53,567 nt of DNA, taken from positions 1 through 53,567 of IMG/VR virus record IMGVR_UViG_3300032270_001137. One strand, written 5' to 3'. A program made the position numbers and the translations under genes. Below the pieces are notes generated by a model. It saw only the letters and a program-made list of their open reading frames with translations. It did no database searches and was not told the origin of the DNA. The stretch is from a virus. Its lineage: Duplodnaviria; Caudoviricetes. Positions 1 to 9,981 of this stretch are shown here, in pieces; positions within the stretch are counted from its first letter, which is position 1; each line of letters begins with the position of its first letter.

Positions 1-23
1 AAATGTTAAAAAATTATTACTAA

Positions 24-623
24 ATGGATAATAGCATTGAAATAAAAAAATGGCTAGAAGATAGGGGTGATTATACACACAACCTCACATATGACTTAAA
101 TGGAGACTCTATTATAATAGATTTAGGCGGGTATACAGGTGTGTGGGCTGAACAAATAATCAAGAAATATAACCCTAATGTCTATATAATAGAACCCGTA
201 ACTGAATTTTATGAAACTATGGTTTCCAAATTTTCAAATAACAACAAGGTTCGTTTAATGAATGTTGCTGCCGGTGTAGAAAATAAATATGGTACAATAT
301 TTTTACAAGGCGATGGAACATCATCTAATCTAAATACAGGTGAATCAATAAAAGTCGAGTTTAATACGATTGATACTATTTTAGAAAAATGGGGTTTAGA
401 TGAAGTAGATTTAATGCAAATAAACATTGAAGGTGATGAATATCCTGTTTTAGAACATATGTTAAAAATAGGATCTATAAATAAATTCAAGAACATACAA
501 ATCCAATTCCATTTTATCGGAGATTATGCTACAAGAAGGGATAAAATAAGAGAAGGTTTAATTAAGAACGGTTTTAAGAATAAATTTGATTATCCATTCG
601 TTTGGGAATCATGGTATAAATAA
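24..623 (+). CDS. FkbM-family SAM-dependent methyltransferase
   Basis: IIDLGGYTG SAM motif, IEP, DLMQINIEGDE motif. Confidence 0.85.
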   Translation: MDNSIEIKKWLEDRGDYTHNLTYDLNGDSIIIDLGGYTGVWAEQIIKKYNPNVYIIEPVTEFYETMVSKFSNNNKVRLMNVAAGVENKYGTIFLQGDGTSSNLNTGESIKVEFNTIDTILEKWGLDEVDLMQINIEGDEYPVLEHMLKIGSINKFKNIQIQFHFIGDYATRRDKIREGLIKNGFKNKFDYPFVWESWYK

Positions 624-633
624 AAATAAAATT

Positions 634-1296
634 ATGTCATTTGAAATAATCGCAGATTTTGAGAAAGCAGTATCTAAATTCTTTGGTGCACCATATGCAG
701 TTGCAGTCGATAGTTGCACGCATGGTATTGAACTTTGCTTAAGATACACAGGGGAGAAAAAAATAAATGTGCCAAAAAGAACTTATCTTTCAGTTCCTTT
801 TCTAGCAGAAAAAATGGGACTTGAAAGACAATGGAGGGATGAGGAATGGCAGGACTACTACACCTTAAATTACGGCGACAGAAAAATTATAGATGCTGCA
901 GTACTTTGGAAAAAAGATTCATATATTCCTAATACTTTTATGTGTTTAAGTTTCCAATATCAAAAGCACTTAAGCATAGGAAGAGGTGGTATGATTCTAT
1001 GTGATAATGAGAAAGATTATATAGCATTGAAAAAAATGAGCTATGATGGTAGACTTCCAAATATACCGTGGAGAGATCAAAACATCGACATGGTAGGGTA
1101 TCACTATTACATGACACCCGAATCTGCACAAATCGGCCTATCTAAATTAGAGGATGCGATAAAAACAGAACCTAGGAAATGGGTTTACACGGATTGGCCA
1201 GATTTAACAAAAATGAAAGTATTTGATGACACACAATTAAGTACACTAGAATATTGTGAAAAACATAAAATAGATCCTTATCTACAAACAAAATAA
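634..1296 (+). CDS. DegT/DnrJ/EryC1/StrS-family PLP sugar aminotransferase (short form)
   Basis: FE..V..FFGAPYAVAVDSCT, IDAA, LSFQYQKHL..GRGG; start moved to ATG 634. Confidence 0.85.
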   Translation: MSFEIIADFEKAVSKFFGAPYAVAVDSCTHGIELCLRYTGEKKINVPKRTYLSVPFLAEKMGLERQWRDEEWQDYYTLNYGDRKIIDAAVLWKKDSYIPNTFMCLSFQYQKHLSIGRGGMILCDNEKDYIALKKMSYDGRLPNIPWRDQNIDMVGYHYYMTPESAQIGLSKLEDAIKTEPRKWVYTDWPDLTKMKVFDDTQLSTLEYCEKHKIDPYLQTK

Positions 1297-1302
1297 ATTT
1301 TT

Positions 1303-2298
1303 ATGAAAAAACGAGCATTTATTACAGGAATAAACGGACAAGATGGTAGTTACTTAGCAGAATATCTTTTGTCTTTAGGATATGAGGTGCATGGTATGGT
1401 TAGAAGAAATTCAACTTCAGAAAATCAATCAGCGCGCCTAAATCCAATTATAAAAAATGAAAACCTTTTTACACATTATGGTGATTTAACAGACCAGACC
1501 TCAATTGAAAAGATTTTAACTGAAGTTAAACCAGACGAAATCTATAATATAGGGGCACAGAGTCATGTTAGAATTAGCTTTGATGTTCCGCAATATACCG
1601 TTCAAGCAAATTCAATTGGGGTTATAAATCTATTAGAGGCTTACAAAAGAATTGTACCTACTGCAAAATTTTATCAGGCAAGTTCAAGTGAAATGTTTGG
1701 ACTCTCTGTAGATGAAGATGCATTTCAAAGAGAAACTACATCTATGAATCCTGTTTCACCTTATGGTTGTAGCAAGGTTTTTGGTTACAATATTGTTAGG
1801 CACTATAGGAGAGCTTATGGTTTACATGCATGTAATGGTATTCTTTTTAACCATGAATCTCCAAGAAGAGGTTCTAACTTTGTAACAAACAAAGTTGTTA
1901 AAACAGCATGTGAAATTAAACTAGGACTGGAAACAAAACTTGAACTAGGAAACATGGATTCTTATAGAGACTGGGGCCATTCTAAAGACTATGTTAAAGC
2001 AATGCATGCTATAATTAACCATGATGAGGCTGATGATTTTGTCGTTTCGACTATGGAAACACATAGTGTACGTGAAATGTGTGACGTTGTCTTTAGTTAT
2101 TTAGGCATGGACTACAGAGACTATATTGTTCAAAACCCTAAATATCTTAGACCTGAAGAGTTACCTTATCTAAGAGGAGATTCGACCAAAGCAAGAACTA
2201 CACTAGGATGGAAACCTTCTTATACCTTTGAATCTATGATGCATGAAATGTGTGATCATTGGTTAGACGTGTTACAGGGGATAAAATCTACTAGATAA
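1303..2298 (+). CDS. gmd: GDP-mannose 4,6-dehydratase
   Basis: AFITGINGQDGSYL, AQSHV.ISF, YQASSSEMFG, PYGCSK, LFNHESPRRG, RDWGH. Confidence 0.95.
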   Translation: MKKRAFITGINGQDGSYLAEYLLSLGYEVHGMVRRNSTSENQSARLNPIIKNENLFTHYGDLTDQTSIEKILTEVKPDEIYNIGAQSHVRISFDVPQYTVQANSIGVINLLEAYKRIVPTAKFYQASSSEMFGLSVDEDAFQRETTSMNPVSPYGCSKVFGYNIVRHYRRAYGLHACNGILFNHESPRRGSNFVTNKVVKTACEIKLGLETKLELGNMDSYRDWGHSKDYVKAMHAIINHDEADDFVVSTMETHSVREMCDVVFSYLGMDYRDYIVQNPKYLRPEELPYLRGDSTKARTTLGWKPSYTFESMMHEMCDHWLDVLQGIKSTR

Positions 2299-2301
2299 CT
2301 A

Positions 2302-2895
2302 ATGGATAAAATCTATTCTATTCTTAAAAAAGAATCTGATGCAATACTAAGTATACCCTTAGATAATCTCTACGGCGATGTAATCGACGTTATAGAACAT
2401 TCTGTCCATGTTAGAAAGGGTAAACTTATATGCTCAGGCATGGGTAAAGCTGGTCAGATAGCCCTAAATATGGCCACTACATTTAGTTCTACTGGAACCT
2501 GTGCTGTGTATCTTCATCCAAGTGAAGCACAGCACGGGGATCTAGGTATTGTAAGGGAAAATGATGTCCTATTACTTATTTCAAATTCTGGGAAAACCAG
2601 AGAAATAGTAGAGCTTATTACTCTTGCCAGAAATCTGCACCCAAAGATACAAATCATCTGCATTACTAGAGAGCCAGAGAGCCCATTGGCCGCAGGTTCA
2701 GATCTTGTTCTATACACTGGGCTGACAAAGGAAGTTTGTCCATTGGGCCTTACGCCAACTGTTTCGACTACAGTCATGACCGTTATAGGTGACATATTAG
2801 TTACACTTATGATGGAGCGAATAGGCTTTACTAAAAAGGAATATTCACTGAGACACCATAGTGGTTATTTAGGACAAGTTTCCCGAGGAGAATAA
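2302..2895 (+). CDS. SIS-domain sugar-phosphate isomerase (KdsD/GutQ-like arabinose-5-phosphate isomerase, no CBS domains)
   Basis: SGMGKAG, HPSEAQHGDLG, ISNSGKT.E, EVCPLGLTPT.ST, HHSGYLG. Confidence 0.85.
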   Translation: MDKIYSILKKESDAILSIPLDNLYGDVIDVIEHSVHVRKGKLICSGMGKAGQIALNMATTFSSTGTCAVYLHPSEAQHGDLGIVRENDVLLLISNSGKTREIVELITLARNLHPKIQIICITREPESPLAAGSDLVLYTGLTKEVCPLGLTPTVSTTVMTVIGDILVTLMMERIGFTKKEYSLRHHSGYLGQVSRGE

Positions 2896-2919
2896 ACAGT
2901 CTATAAACAAGACATATAA
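2893..2919 (+). promoter_or_regulatory. Putative class-II phage promoter TAAAC-N17-TATAA
   Basis: Same spacing recurs at 14782, 30598(-), 41137(-). Confidence 0.5.
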
Positions 2920-2933
2920 GAAAAAAAACTTAT

Positions 2934-3401
2934 ATGTTCAAAAAGCTTTACGAATTACGTCCGACTCTGGACAAATTAAGACACGTCTTAAAATCTTTAA
3001 GTTACAGGATTTATTCTACCTGTATTACAATCACAATCGCATATGTCATATCCGATGATATTGATAAAGCCATGTCAATTGGAGGTGTTGACTTTGGCGT
3101 TAAACTTTTTACCTACTATATCCATGAGCGTATCTGGTTCTATATCCCGTTTGGTTTACAAAGACCTCGTAAAATACATGCTGAAATTACATGGGAGCCT
3201 AATAGCGAATCTTGGACCCAAGTTGCTTTTATACAAAGCGAACAGGGTAAAATAAGAAAACGCGCTAAAATCTTAACAAATGGTCAAGGTGATTACAGAG
3301 CTGTTTTATCTTCATACAATTCTGATACAAAAGCTAGGTTTAACGATATATTATCCGGTACTAAAGAAACAATTGAAAACAACTTAAATATCAAATTATA
3401 A
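2934..3401 (+). CDS. DUF2061-like small membrane protein with C-terminal extension
   Basis: [11 protein letters not shown]...A.SIG.VD..K...YY.HERIW pattern; precedes cysC. Confidence 0.7.
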   Translation: MFKKLYELRPTLDKLRHVLKSLSYRIYSTCITITIAYVISDDIDKAMSIGGVDFGVKLFTYYIHERIWFYIPFGLQRPRKIHAEITWEPNSESWTQVAFIQSEQGKIRKRAKILTNGQGDYRAVLSSYNSDTKARFNDILSGTKETIENNLNIKL

Positions 3402-4333
3402 TGGCAGAAAATTTACATTGGCACGAACACACAGTGAGCCGTGAGGCGAAAGAAAAATTATTCAAACAATCAGGTAAAGTGCTTTGGTTTACGGGACTTT
3501 CAGGTTCTGGTAAATCAACCCTGGCAAATGCAACTGAACATACCCTACATCAATTAGGTTACAAGACTATGGTTCTTGATGGCGACAACATCAGAATGGG
3601 ACTTTGTAAAGATCTAGGCTTTTCAGATGAAGCACGTAAAGAAAACATTCGACGTATCGCAGAGGTTGCAAAACTATTCGCAGAATCTGGTACAATTGTC
3701 TTGACAGCATTCATTTCACCTTTCAGATCTGATAGAGATGCTGCTAGAGAAATCATAGGTGAAGACTTCATTGAGATATTTGTTGATACTCCACTCGATG
3801 TGTGTGAACAAAGAGATCCTAAGGGTCTTTACAAAAAGGCAAGAGCTGGTCAGATCAAAGGCTTTACTGGTATTGATTCTCCGTATGAGGCTCCAATCAA
3901 ACCTGAAATGAAGATTGATACTACTGCAAATGATATCGATACCCTTTCTGCAGGTATTTCAGCATATTACACTACAATGTTTGCTAGTAAAGAGATCTCT
4001 AATCTAGATAAACGTAAGACTATTGCAATTGACTTTGATGGTGTAATTCACAAATACTCTAAAGGTTTCCAAGGCTTAGCTAATGCATATGATGAACCAA
4101 TGGAAGGTACATTTGAGGCACTTACTAAATTGAAGAGCCTAGGCTTTGACCTAAAGATTATGTCTAGTCGACCAGCACCAGTAATTGAAGCATGGTTACA
4201 AGACTACGGCATGAGTGAGTTAATCACAGAAGTTTCCAATCATAAATTTCCTGCTACCGTTTATATCGATGATAGAGGCTTTAAATTTGAATCATGGAAT
4301 CAGGTAGACGATATAATCAATCTAATGAAATAA
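3401..4333 (+). CDS. cysC: Adenylyl-sulfate kinase fused to C-terminal HAD-like domain
   Basis: [35 protein letters not shown]; C-term IAIDFDGVI...SSR...YIDDR. Confidence 0.9.
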   Translation: MAENLHWHEHTVSREAKEKLFKQSGKVLWFTGLSGSGKSTLANATEHTLHQLGYKTMVLDGDNIRMGLCKDLGFSDEARKENIRRIAEVAKLFAESGTIVLTAFISPFRSDRDAAREIIGEDFIEIFVDTPLDVCEQRDPKGLYKKARAGQIKGFTGIDSPYEAPIKPEMKIDTTANDIDTLSAGISAYYTTMFASKEISNLDKRKTIAIDFDGVIHKYSKGFQGLANAYDEPMEGTFEALTKLKSLGFDLKIMSSRPAPVIEAWLQDYGMSELITEVSNHKFPATVYIDDRGFKFESWNQVDDIINLMK

Positions 4334-4404
4334 TGCTGGATGAATTATGGTGCAGTTACAGCGATTTACCATCACCATCAGCTTATGACACAAAATACAA
4401 TAAT

Positions 4405-4893
4405 ATGAAAGAAGCAAAAGACCTAGGTAACGGTTGGTCAGTTACAAATCACGGTGGTCAGCCAATGGGCCTGACAGATAAACAGTATGCAATTTTCGTT
4501 GGTCGTTTTCAACCACTTCACAACGGTCACATTGCCTTATTCCGTCAAAAACTAGATGCAGGTACACCATTGTTAATCATGGTTCGAGATCTTCAACCAG
4601 ACGAGCGCAATCCATTTACTACTGAACAGACAGTTAGTATGTTAGAAAAGGTATTCGCCGGTGAAGATGTAAAAGTTATGATTATTCCAGACATTGAAAG
4701 CGTGAACTGGGGCCGAGGAGTTGGTTATGAATTAAATGAGTTCGTACCACCTGCAGATCTTGGAGCAGTATCTGCTACAGCAATTAGAAATGGTATCAAA
4801 GAAGGTAATGAAGATTGGAAGACAATGGTGAACCCAGTTATCCATGGGGATATTATCACTTATCTTAAAGAAAATAATCTAATAATCGCGTAA
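4405..4893 (+). CDS. HxGH nucleotidyltransferase (cytidylyltransferase-like)
   Basis: GRFQPLHNGH and SATAIR motifs; start uncertain (4333 or 4405). Confidence 0.8.
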   Translation: MKEAKDLGNGWSVTNHGGQPMGLTDKQYAIFVGRFQPLHNGHIALFRQKLDAGTPLLIMVRDLQPDERNPFTTEQTVSMLEKVFAGEDVKVMIIPDIESVNWGRGVGYELNEFVPPADLGAVSATAIRNGIKEGNEDWKTMVNPVIHGDIITYLKENNLIIA

Positions 4894-5159
4894 TGGAAAA
4901 CTTATACGACTACGGTTTTTGGTTTAATACCTATGAGAATTTATGGTATGCTATACCTAGAAGTCAATGGACTCTATTTTTCTCAGGTAAAGAAGATATG
5001 CATGAAGTGGAAGGCGTGTACAGATCCGGTGAAATTGATACCCTTATTGCAGTGATTAGTAATCCTGATATTGTACAATTTTCTGAAGAAGATGTTATAG
5101 AAGATGATCTTGACGATGGCCATGAAAATTGGCCTGATGGCGATCACTGGGGAGAATAA
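4893..5159 (+). CDS. hypothetical protein, acidic C-terminus
   Basis: ORF coupled to upstream stop (TAATG). Confidence 0.7.
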   Translation: MENLYDYGFWFNTYENLWYAIPRSQWTLFFSGKEDMHEVEGVYRSGEIDTLIAVISNPDIVQFSEEDVIEDDLDDGHENWPDGDHWGE

Positions 5160-5191
5160 ACAAAAATATATAGTCAAAGAAGCATTATGAA

Positions 5192-5611
5192 ATGTCTTAC
5201 AAGACTATAGATAAAGTAACAAAAGGCAAATTAAGCCTCATCCTCAATAAGGGTTACTTTATTCGTGTAAAATTTGATAGGAGTGTTCTGGAACCAAATA
5301 GTTCTGGTACACTCCTTTCTTTTTTCTCGCCATTCGGTAAAAAAATAGATTTTGTCTGGAAAGTTAAAAACAATAAAATTGAGATCTCCGACCATAGTGG
5401 TTACAGGAGTTTTATGGTAGATGCCCATACAGAATATGGGATTAGAATTTATTTAAGAGGTGACAGATACTATGTTACCTTTTCTGGTGTTTGTAAAAAC
5501 CACTTCAAAAAAATGTATACAGGTCGAAGATCGTTTTTACAGCGTTTCGTAAAAGGGCCTACTATTTCTAAGTTAGGTCAAAAAATATATTACAGCCATG
5601 AAGTACAGTAG
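5192..5611 (+). CDS. hypothetical basic protein
   Basis: ORF filling operon. Confidence 0.6.
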   Translation: MSYKTIDKVTKGKLSLILNKGYFIRVKFDRSVLEPNSSGTLLSFFSPFGKKIDFVWKVKNNKIEISDHSGYRSFMVDAHTEYGIRIYLRGDRYYVTFSGVCKNHFKKMYTGRRSFLQRFVKGPTISKLGQKIYYSHEVQ

Positions 5612-5834
5612 AATTTTAAGTGCCGATGTTCAAATCGGGGAGCATCCAGGTTTTGCAGTGATTGAGTTACTAGATACTGGCAGACGAATTTATATAGAAC
5701 GTTACTATCCAACACTTTCCGATATTGAGGTAGAAATAGCAGCATTTGAAGACAAAGAGGAAGTCATCAATGTTTATCCTGATGGGGGAGAATATTATGA
5801 CTCTATACCAAAGGCTGAAAGAGTTTTCAAGTAA
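5598..5834 (+). CDS. hypothetical protein
   Basis: ORF overlapping previous stop. Confidence 0.6.
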   Translation: MKYSRILSADVQIGEHPGFAVIELLDTGRRIYIERYYPTLSDIEVEIAAFEDKEEVINVYPDGGEYYDSIPKAERVFK

Positions 5835-5860
5835 ACAGCAATAAACTATTATTTATAGAT

Positions 5861-5882
5861 TTTTCATTGTATATTTACAACA
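5861..5882 (+). promoter_or_regulatory. Putative class-I promoter TTGTATATTTACAAC-ATG (leaderless)
   Basis: Recurrent TAnnTTTA-C-N3-AT motif at 10 intergenic sites. Confidence 0.6.
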
Positions 5883-6823
5883 TGAAAAATCAAAATCGTT
5901 ATGGATATGCCTGCATCAATGAAACACTTGGTTACAAGGGCGTATCAGCTAACCGTCGCATGATAAAAAAGACCTTTGACCTCAAGGGTCTAGACTATGT
6001 CAGCGAACTGGTTATTGAAAACCTAAAAGACTTAAACAAGATCTTGATCTGGAATGCAGACCATGATATCACTTTGTATCGAATTACCAGTGACCTATTT
6101 CCCTGGATGAGTGAATACGAAATCACTGAATTGCCAAGACAAAATGAAATACGTCAACTTCTTATAGAATGTGGCTCAACAGCCAATCTTACAGGTCAGC
6201 GTGTAACCATGCATCCTGGCCCATTCAATGTACTTGGTTCTCCAGAAGAGTCTGCAGTTAAGAAAACCATCAAAGAACTTAATCAACATGCGCAAATTCT
6301 AGATCTAATGGGTCTTGAACGTAGTTATTACTATCCGGTAAACATTCATGTTGGTGGTACCTATGGTTCTAAAGAGGAAACCATGGACCGGTTTTGTAAA
6401 AACTTCCAAAGACTAAGCGAGTCTGCAAAGAAAAGACTAGTTGTTGAAAACGATGATCGTGCCTCTATGTACAATGTAAAAGATCTCTATGAAGGTCTGT
6501 ATCAAATTATTGGTATTCCAATCACATTCGACTATCACCATCACAGATTCAATACAGGTGGCCTAACCGAAGAGCAGGCCTTACGTATGGCATCAGAAAC
6601 ATGGCCGGTAACACAATTGGTTCACTATTCAAGTTGTAAAAGGACATTCGAAGACCCAACATCTAAACCTCAGGCTCATGCCGATTGGATCTATGAAAAG
6701 ATTAAAACATACGGTTTATCACTAGACATAGAAATTGAGGCAAAGGCTAAAGAGCTAGCAGTGCTTGATTATTTTAGAAAACAAAATAATAAGTCACTGC
6801 TAAAAGATTATATTGAATTATGA
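5882..6823 (+). CDS. uvsE: UV DNA damage repair endonuclease
   Basis: GYACIN, YRITSDLFP, MHPGPFNVL, NIHVGG, VENDD, FDYHHH, HYS, HAD, IEAKAKE. Confidence 0.92.
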   Translation: MKNQNRYGYACINETLGYKGVSANRRMIKKTFDLKGLDYVSELVIENLKDLNKILIWNADHDITLYRITSDLFPWMSEYEITELPRQNEIRQLLIECGSTANLTGQRVTMHPGPFNVLGSPEESAVKKTIKELNQHAQILDLMGLERSYYYPVNIHVGGTYGSKEETMDRFCKNFQRLSESAKKRLVVENDDRASMYNVKDLYEGLYQIIGIPITFDYHHHRFNTGGLTEEQALRMASETWPVTQLVHYSSCKRTFEDPTSKPQAHADWIYEKIKTYGLSLDIEIEAKAKELAVLDYFRKQNNKSLLKDYIEL

Positions 6824-7125
6824 TAAACGAAATACCAGAATTTGAGTTAAGCAAGCCTGAAGATCTCAGGGGTTTTTTAGATGATAATAGACTTCAGATA
6901 TCTATGTTAACTTTTAATGCAATTAAAAAGGCACTCGATGAAGATCTTCTTTATATGCCTGTCATGAAAATTAAAATTCATGATATGCCACTTGCTGTAA
7001 TTACAGTAAAACGCGAGAACTTTGACGAGTCTTTAAATAAATGTCTCTTGCATTTCCAGGAAGCAGAGCACTATGAAGAGTGTGCAGAAATTTTAAAGAT
7101 CTTAAATGACGAGAGGGTAGGATAA
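6820..7125 (+). CDS. hypothetical protein with C-terminal UVR-like motif (E.YE.CAEI)
   Basis: ATGA-coupled ORF. Confidence 0.65.
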   Translation: MINEIPEFELSKPEDLRGFLDDNRLQISMLTFNAIKKALDEDLLYMPVMKIKIHDMPLAVITVKRENFDESLNKCLLHFQEAEHYEECAEILKILNDERVG

Positions 7126-7478
7126 TGGAATGGTTGAATAAATATAAGAAAGAAAAGACGGTGAAGAAAGAGACACTTGACATGCTCAGGAATTTTTTTG
7201 GAGGAGAAATTGAATTTAGATTATCCAGTAAGATTAGGGACGAGATCAAAGAGATCTTTAATGAGGTGCAATACAACTTTGAAAGAAAGAACAATGATTT
7301 ACAATTAGCCAAGGCTGAATTAGAGAAGTTAATCACTAAATCTAAATCTGAGCTTAAAAAAGCTAAAAAGTCTTTTAACAGGGGAGAAATCGACAGAGAC
7401 ACTCTGTTTGATTATGAGTATCGCTTAATTGAACTTAGAAATCAATTGGACGAGGTCATTGCAAAATTAAAGGGGTAA
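7125..7478 (+). CDS. hypothetical coiled-coil protein
   Basis: Coupled ORF, K/E-rich heptads. Confidence 0.65.
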   Translation: MEWLNKYKKEKTVKKETLDMLRNFFGGEIEFRLSSKIRDEIKEIFNEVQYNFERKNNDLQLAKAELEKLITKSKSELKKAKKSFNRGEIDRDTLFDYEYRLIELRNQLDEVIAKLKG

Positions 7479-7486
7479 ATTACCAT

Positions 7487-7494
7487 GATAAATA
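7487..7494 (+). promoter_or_regulatory. Putative late promoter GATAAATA
   Basis: T4-late-like octamer upstream of leader-tagged genes; recurs at 18763, 29772(-), 32778(-), 47743(-), 52910(-). Confidence 0.55.
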
Positions 7495-7528
7495 AACCAC
7501 GGTTAATAGATTAAAATAGAAATACCCA

Positions 7529-8491
7529 ATGAAGTTAAAGACATTTGAACAATTCGTAATAGAGAGTTCTAAGTTAGTTGAAAATCTAATAGAGGAAAAC
7601 GACTTCCGTAAAGTCTATATTGCACTCGATGATAGTGACCTAGAGGGTGATGAATTTTCATATAAAAAATTCTGTAGTTCAAATTTCTTTAAACCGCTTA
7701 CCAAATCTACAACAGATCTGGATCCAAATCTTCCAATCTTAAACTACTCAAACGATACAATCAACCATTTCTGGACCGATCTTAATAAGGATAATATCTA
7801 TAATTTACCCAAATATAGTGAAGAGGTTAGTAAAAAGGAACGTTTTCACCAGTTAGTGGGCCAACATGAAAATATACCACTTTCAGTATTTACTAAAAAC
7901 CACGCTATCAACTACCTAGCATTTCCAGTCATTGCAAAACCAAGTGATAATCATAGTGGCTTAGGTATTCAGGTTTTCAAAACCGCACAGGAATTACAAG
8001 ATAGTGACGGAGACTTCTCGGTATTTTCTGAGTTTGTCGATAAGGCTGAAGAGCATCGCTTTATGATATTCAATGGCCAGATTATGGCCTGGATGGAAAG
8101 ACAACCCCTTAATCAAAAGGCCAAAACGGGTGAAGGTGATAAAGATGGTGAAATGGACTTTGCCTATGAATACAAAGTTGATGAAAAGTTACCAACCGAA
8201 TATATCGATGTAATTAAGAAATTTGTGGAATTATTTCCAGATCTACCATACATGACACTGGACATTATGAAAGGTAAAGACGATAAGGTATACGTTATTG
8301 AAATTAACTCAAAGGCTGGCATGCCGTTTGATATTGCAATCAAGTTGTATAAGAATATCTTTAAAGACTTTTACGGTAAGAACGTTAATCCAGAGTCAGA
8401 TAAGAATTTAGAGATGATGGCAACAGAGTTAAAGAAGATCACTCTAGATAAAGAAAAAGGTAAATTTACCATGCAAAATAGAAAGGTATAA
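7529..8491 (+). CDS. ATP-grasp (RimK-like) protein with capsid-targeting-like leader
   Basis: FPVIAKP...SGLGI, EFV...EHR, LDIM...YVIEINS; N-term MKLKTFEQFVIE. Confidence 0.8.
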   Translation: MKLKTFEQFVIESSKLVENLIEENDFRKVYIALDDSDLEGDEFSYKKFCSSNFFKPLTKSTTDLDPNLPILNYSNDTINHFWTDLNKDNIYNLPKYSEEVSKKERFHQLVGQHENIPLSVFTKNHAINYLAFPVIAKPSDNHSGLGIQVFKTAQELQDSDGDFSVFSEFVDKAEEHRFMIFNGQIMAWMERQPLNQKAKTGEGDKDGEMDFAYEYKVDEKLPTEYIDVIKKFVELFPDLPYMTLDIMKGKDDKVYVIEINSKAGMPFDIAIKLYKNIFKDFYGKNVNPESDKNLEMMATELKKITLDKEKGKFTMQNRKV

Positions 8492-8492
8492 A

Positions 8493-9398
8493 ATGAGAAA
8501 TTCATTAGAACAAACAAGACAAGAAAGTATTAGAGTATGGGCTCAAGCACAAAGAAATGCTTTACATGAGGCTGTTAAAAATACACCTGTGATTCCTCCA
8601 GCTGTTGCTGCTGGACTAGGTACTGGTAGCGGTGGTAGTTTCAGTGGTACACTAGACTTAGATGCTGTATTGCAACTACTAAATGCTGGTTATTCAACAA
8701 TTACCGACGTTGTTGAATCAGGTCGTTTATTTTATTTTTCAGACGATGGCGAAGGTGAATCTAATTTAATAGAAGATGGCGGCTCAGACATGTATGACGG
8801 TGCTAACTATTTTAATACAAATTTAACCCAACCATGGGAAGACATCATCACCGATGATGCGGATTATGATCTTAATATACCTTACACTCATACACAAGAC
8901 AACTTTGAAGATGTACCTTACCTAGATCCACCAATGGACGGCCAGGTTGAGGACGGTTCAAATTACTTCGGCGATGGTTCTAAGTACTTTACAAATATGT
9001 ACCCGGGCCTATTTGTTTTAGCAGCAGATGGCATAACCATAGAACAGTTTTCAATAGGAGGAAACATAGGAACAGATGGTGATGCTGATATTGAAACACA
9101 GGTTATAGAAACAGGAGGCGGTGCGTGGACCCTGTTTACAAAAACAAATACTGACACTGACACTGGAGAAGAGGATCCAATTATAACACATCTTATACTT
9201 GTAAGAGGAAGCTCAGGCGGTCTTACACATCTAACAGATACGTCAGGTCAATATGATGACGATGGTATTTTCGGCCTATCAGGTAGATCTACTATATTTT
9301 GCCTGGTAATGGGTACAGAATGGGATCAAGGACCGATGGGTATAGTTCAAATGACACAAATAGCCACAGCCTTTCTAAATGTAATAAATCAAGCATAA
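8493..9398 (+). CDS. acidic protein with conserved leader family B (ALHEAVKNTPV.PPAVAAGLG)
   Basis: N-terminal ~48 aa homologous to ORFs at 47466(-) and 52880(-). Confidence 0.75.
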   Translation: MRNSLEQTRQESIRVWAQAQRNALHEAVKNTPVIPPAVAAGLGTGSGGSFSGTLDLDAVLQLLNAGYSTITDVVESGRLFYFSDDGEGESNLIEDGGSDMYDGANYFNTNLTQPWEDIITDDADYDLNIPYTHTQDNFEDVPYLDPPMDGQVEDGSNYFGDGSKYFTNMYPGLFVLAADGITIEQFSIGGNIGTDGDADIETQVIETGGGAWTLFTKTNTDTDTGEEDPIITHLILVRGSSGGLTHLTDTSGQYDDDGIFGLSGRSTIFCLVMGTEWDQGPMGIVQMTQIATAFLNVINQA

Positions 9399-9399
9399 G

Positions 9400-9981
9400 A
9401 TGCTGCTAAAGTATAGTCAATTCATAACAGAAAAATGGTCAGGTGATAGTATTACTATCTTCGACGTTGATGATACCTTAACTGTTACTGCAGCCAAGAT
9501 CAGAGTCCATGACCCTAAAAGTGGAAAGTACTTTGAGATCACCCCAAAGGAGTTTAATGAATACCAGAAAGATCCTGATCATGTCTTAGACTTTACTGAC
9601 TTTAAGAACCCTGATATCCTGAAAGCAGGTCGTATCATTACCTGGGTTATGAGTATTTTAAGAAACACGATGGCAACTGAACGTGCAGTCGGTATCATAA
9701 CTGCAAGAGATGATAAAGATCTTATCATCGACTTTTTAGCCCATCATGGTATCAGTATCAATCCCAGTTTTATATTTGCAATCAATGACCCTAAAGCCAA
9801 TTTCACTGGTTCTATTGCAGAACGTAAAAAGCAGGCTTTTAAGAGACTAATTGATATGGGCTTTAGAAATTTCAGATTTTTCGATGATGATGCAGAAAAC
9901 CTGCGTCTAGCTAAGGAACTTGAGAAAGAGTATAGCATAAAAATGTATACTAAGCAAGTTCGAAAGCAATTTTATGATTAA
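9400..9981 (+). CDS. HAD-superfamily hydrolase with capsid-targeting-like leader
   Basis: IFDVDDTL, IITAR, FFDDD..N; N-term MLLKYSQFITE. Confidence 0.8.
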   Translation: MLLKYSQFITEKWSGDSITIFDVDDTLTVTAAKIRVHDPKSGKYFEITPKEFNEYQKDPDHVLDFTDFKNPDILKAGRIITWVMSILRNTMATERAVGIITARDDKDLIIDFLAHHGISINPSFIFAINDPKANFTGSIAERKKQAFKRLIDMGFRNFRFFDDDAENLRLAKELEKEYSIKMYTKQVRKQFYD

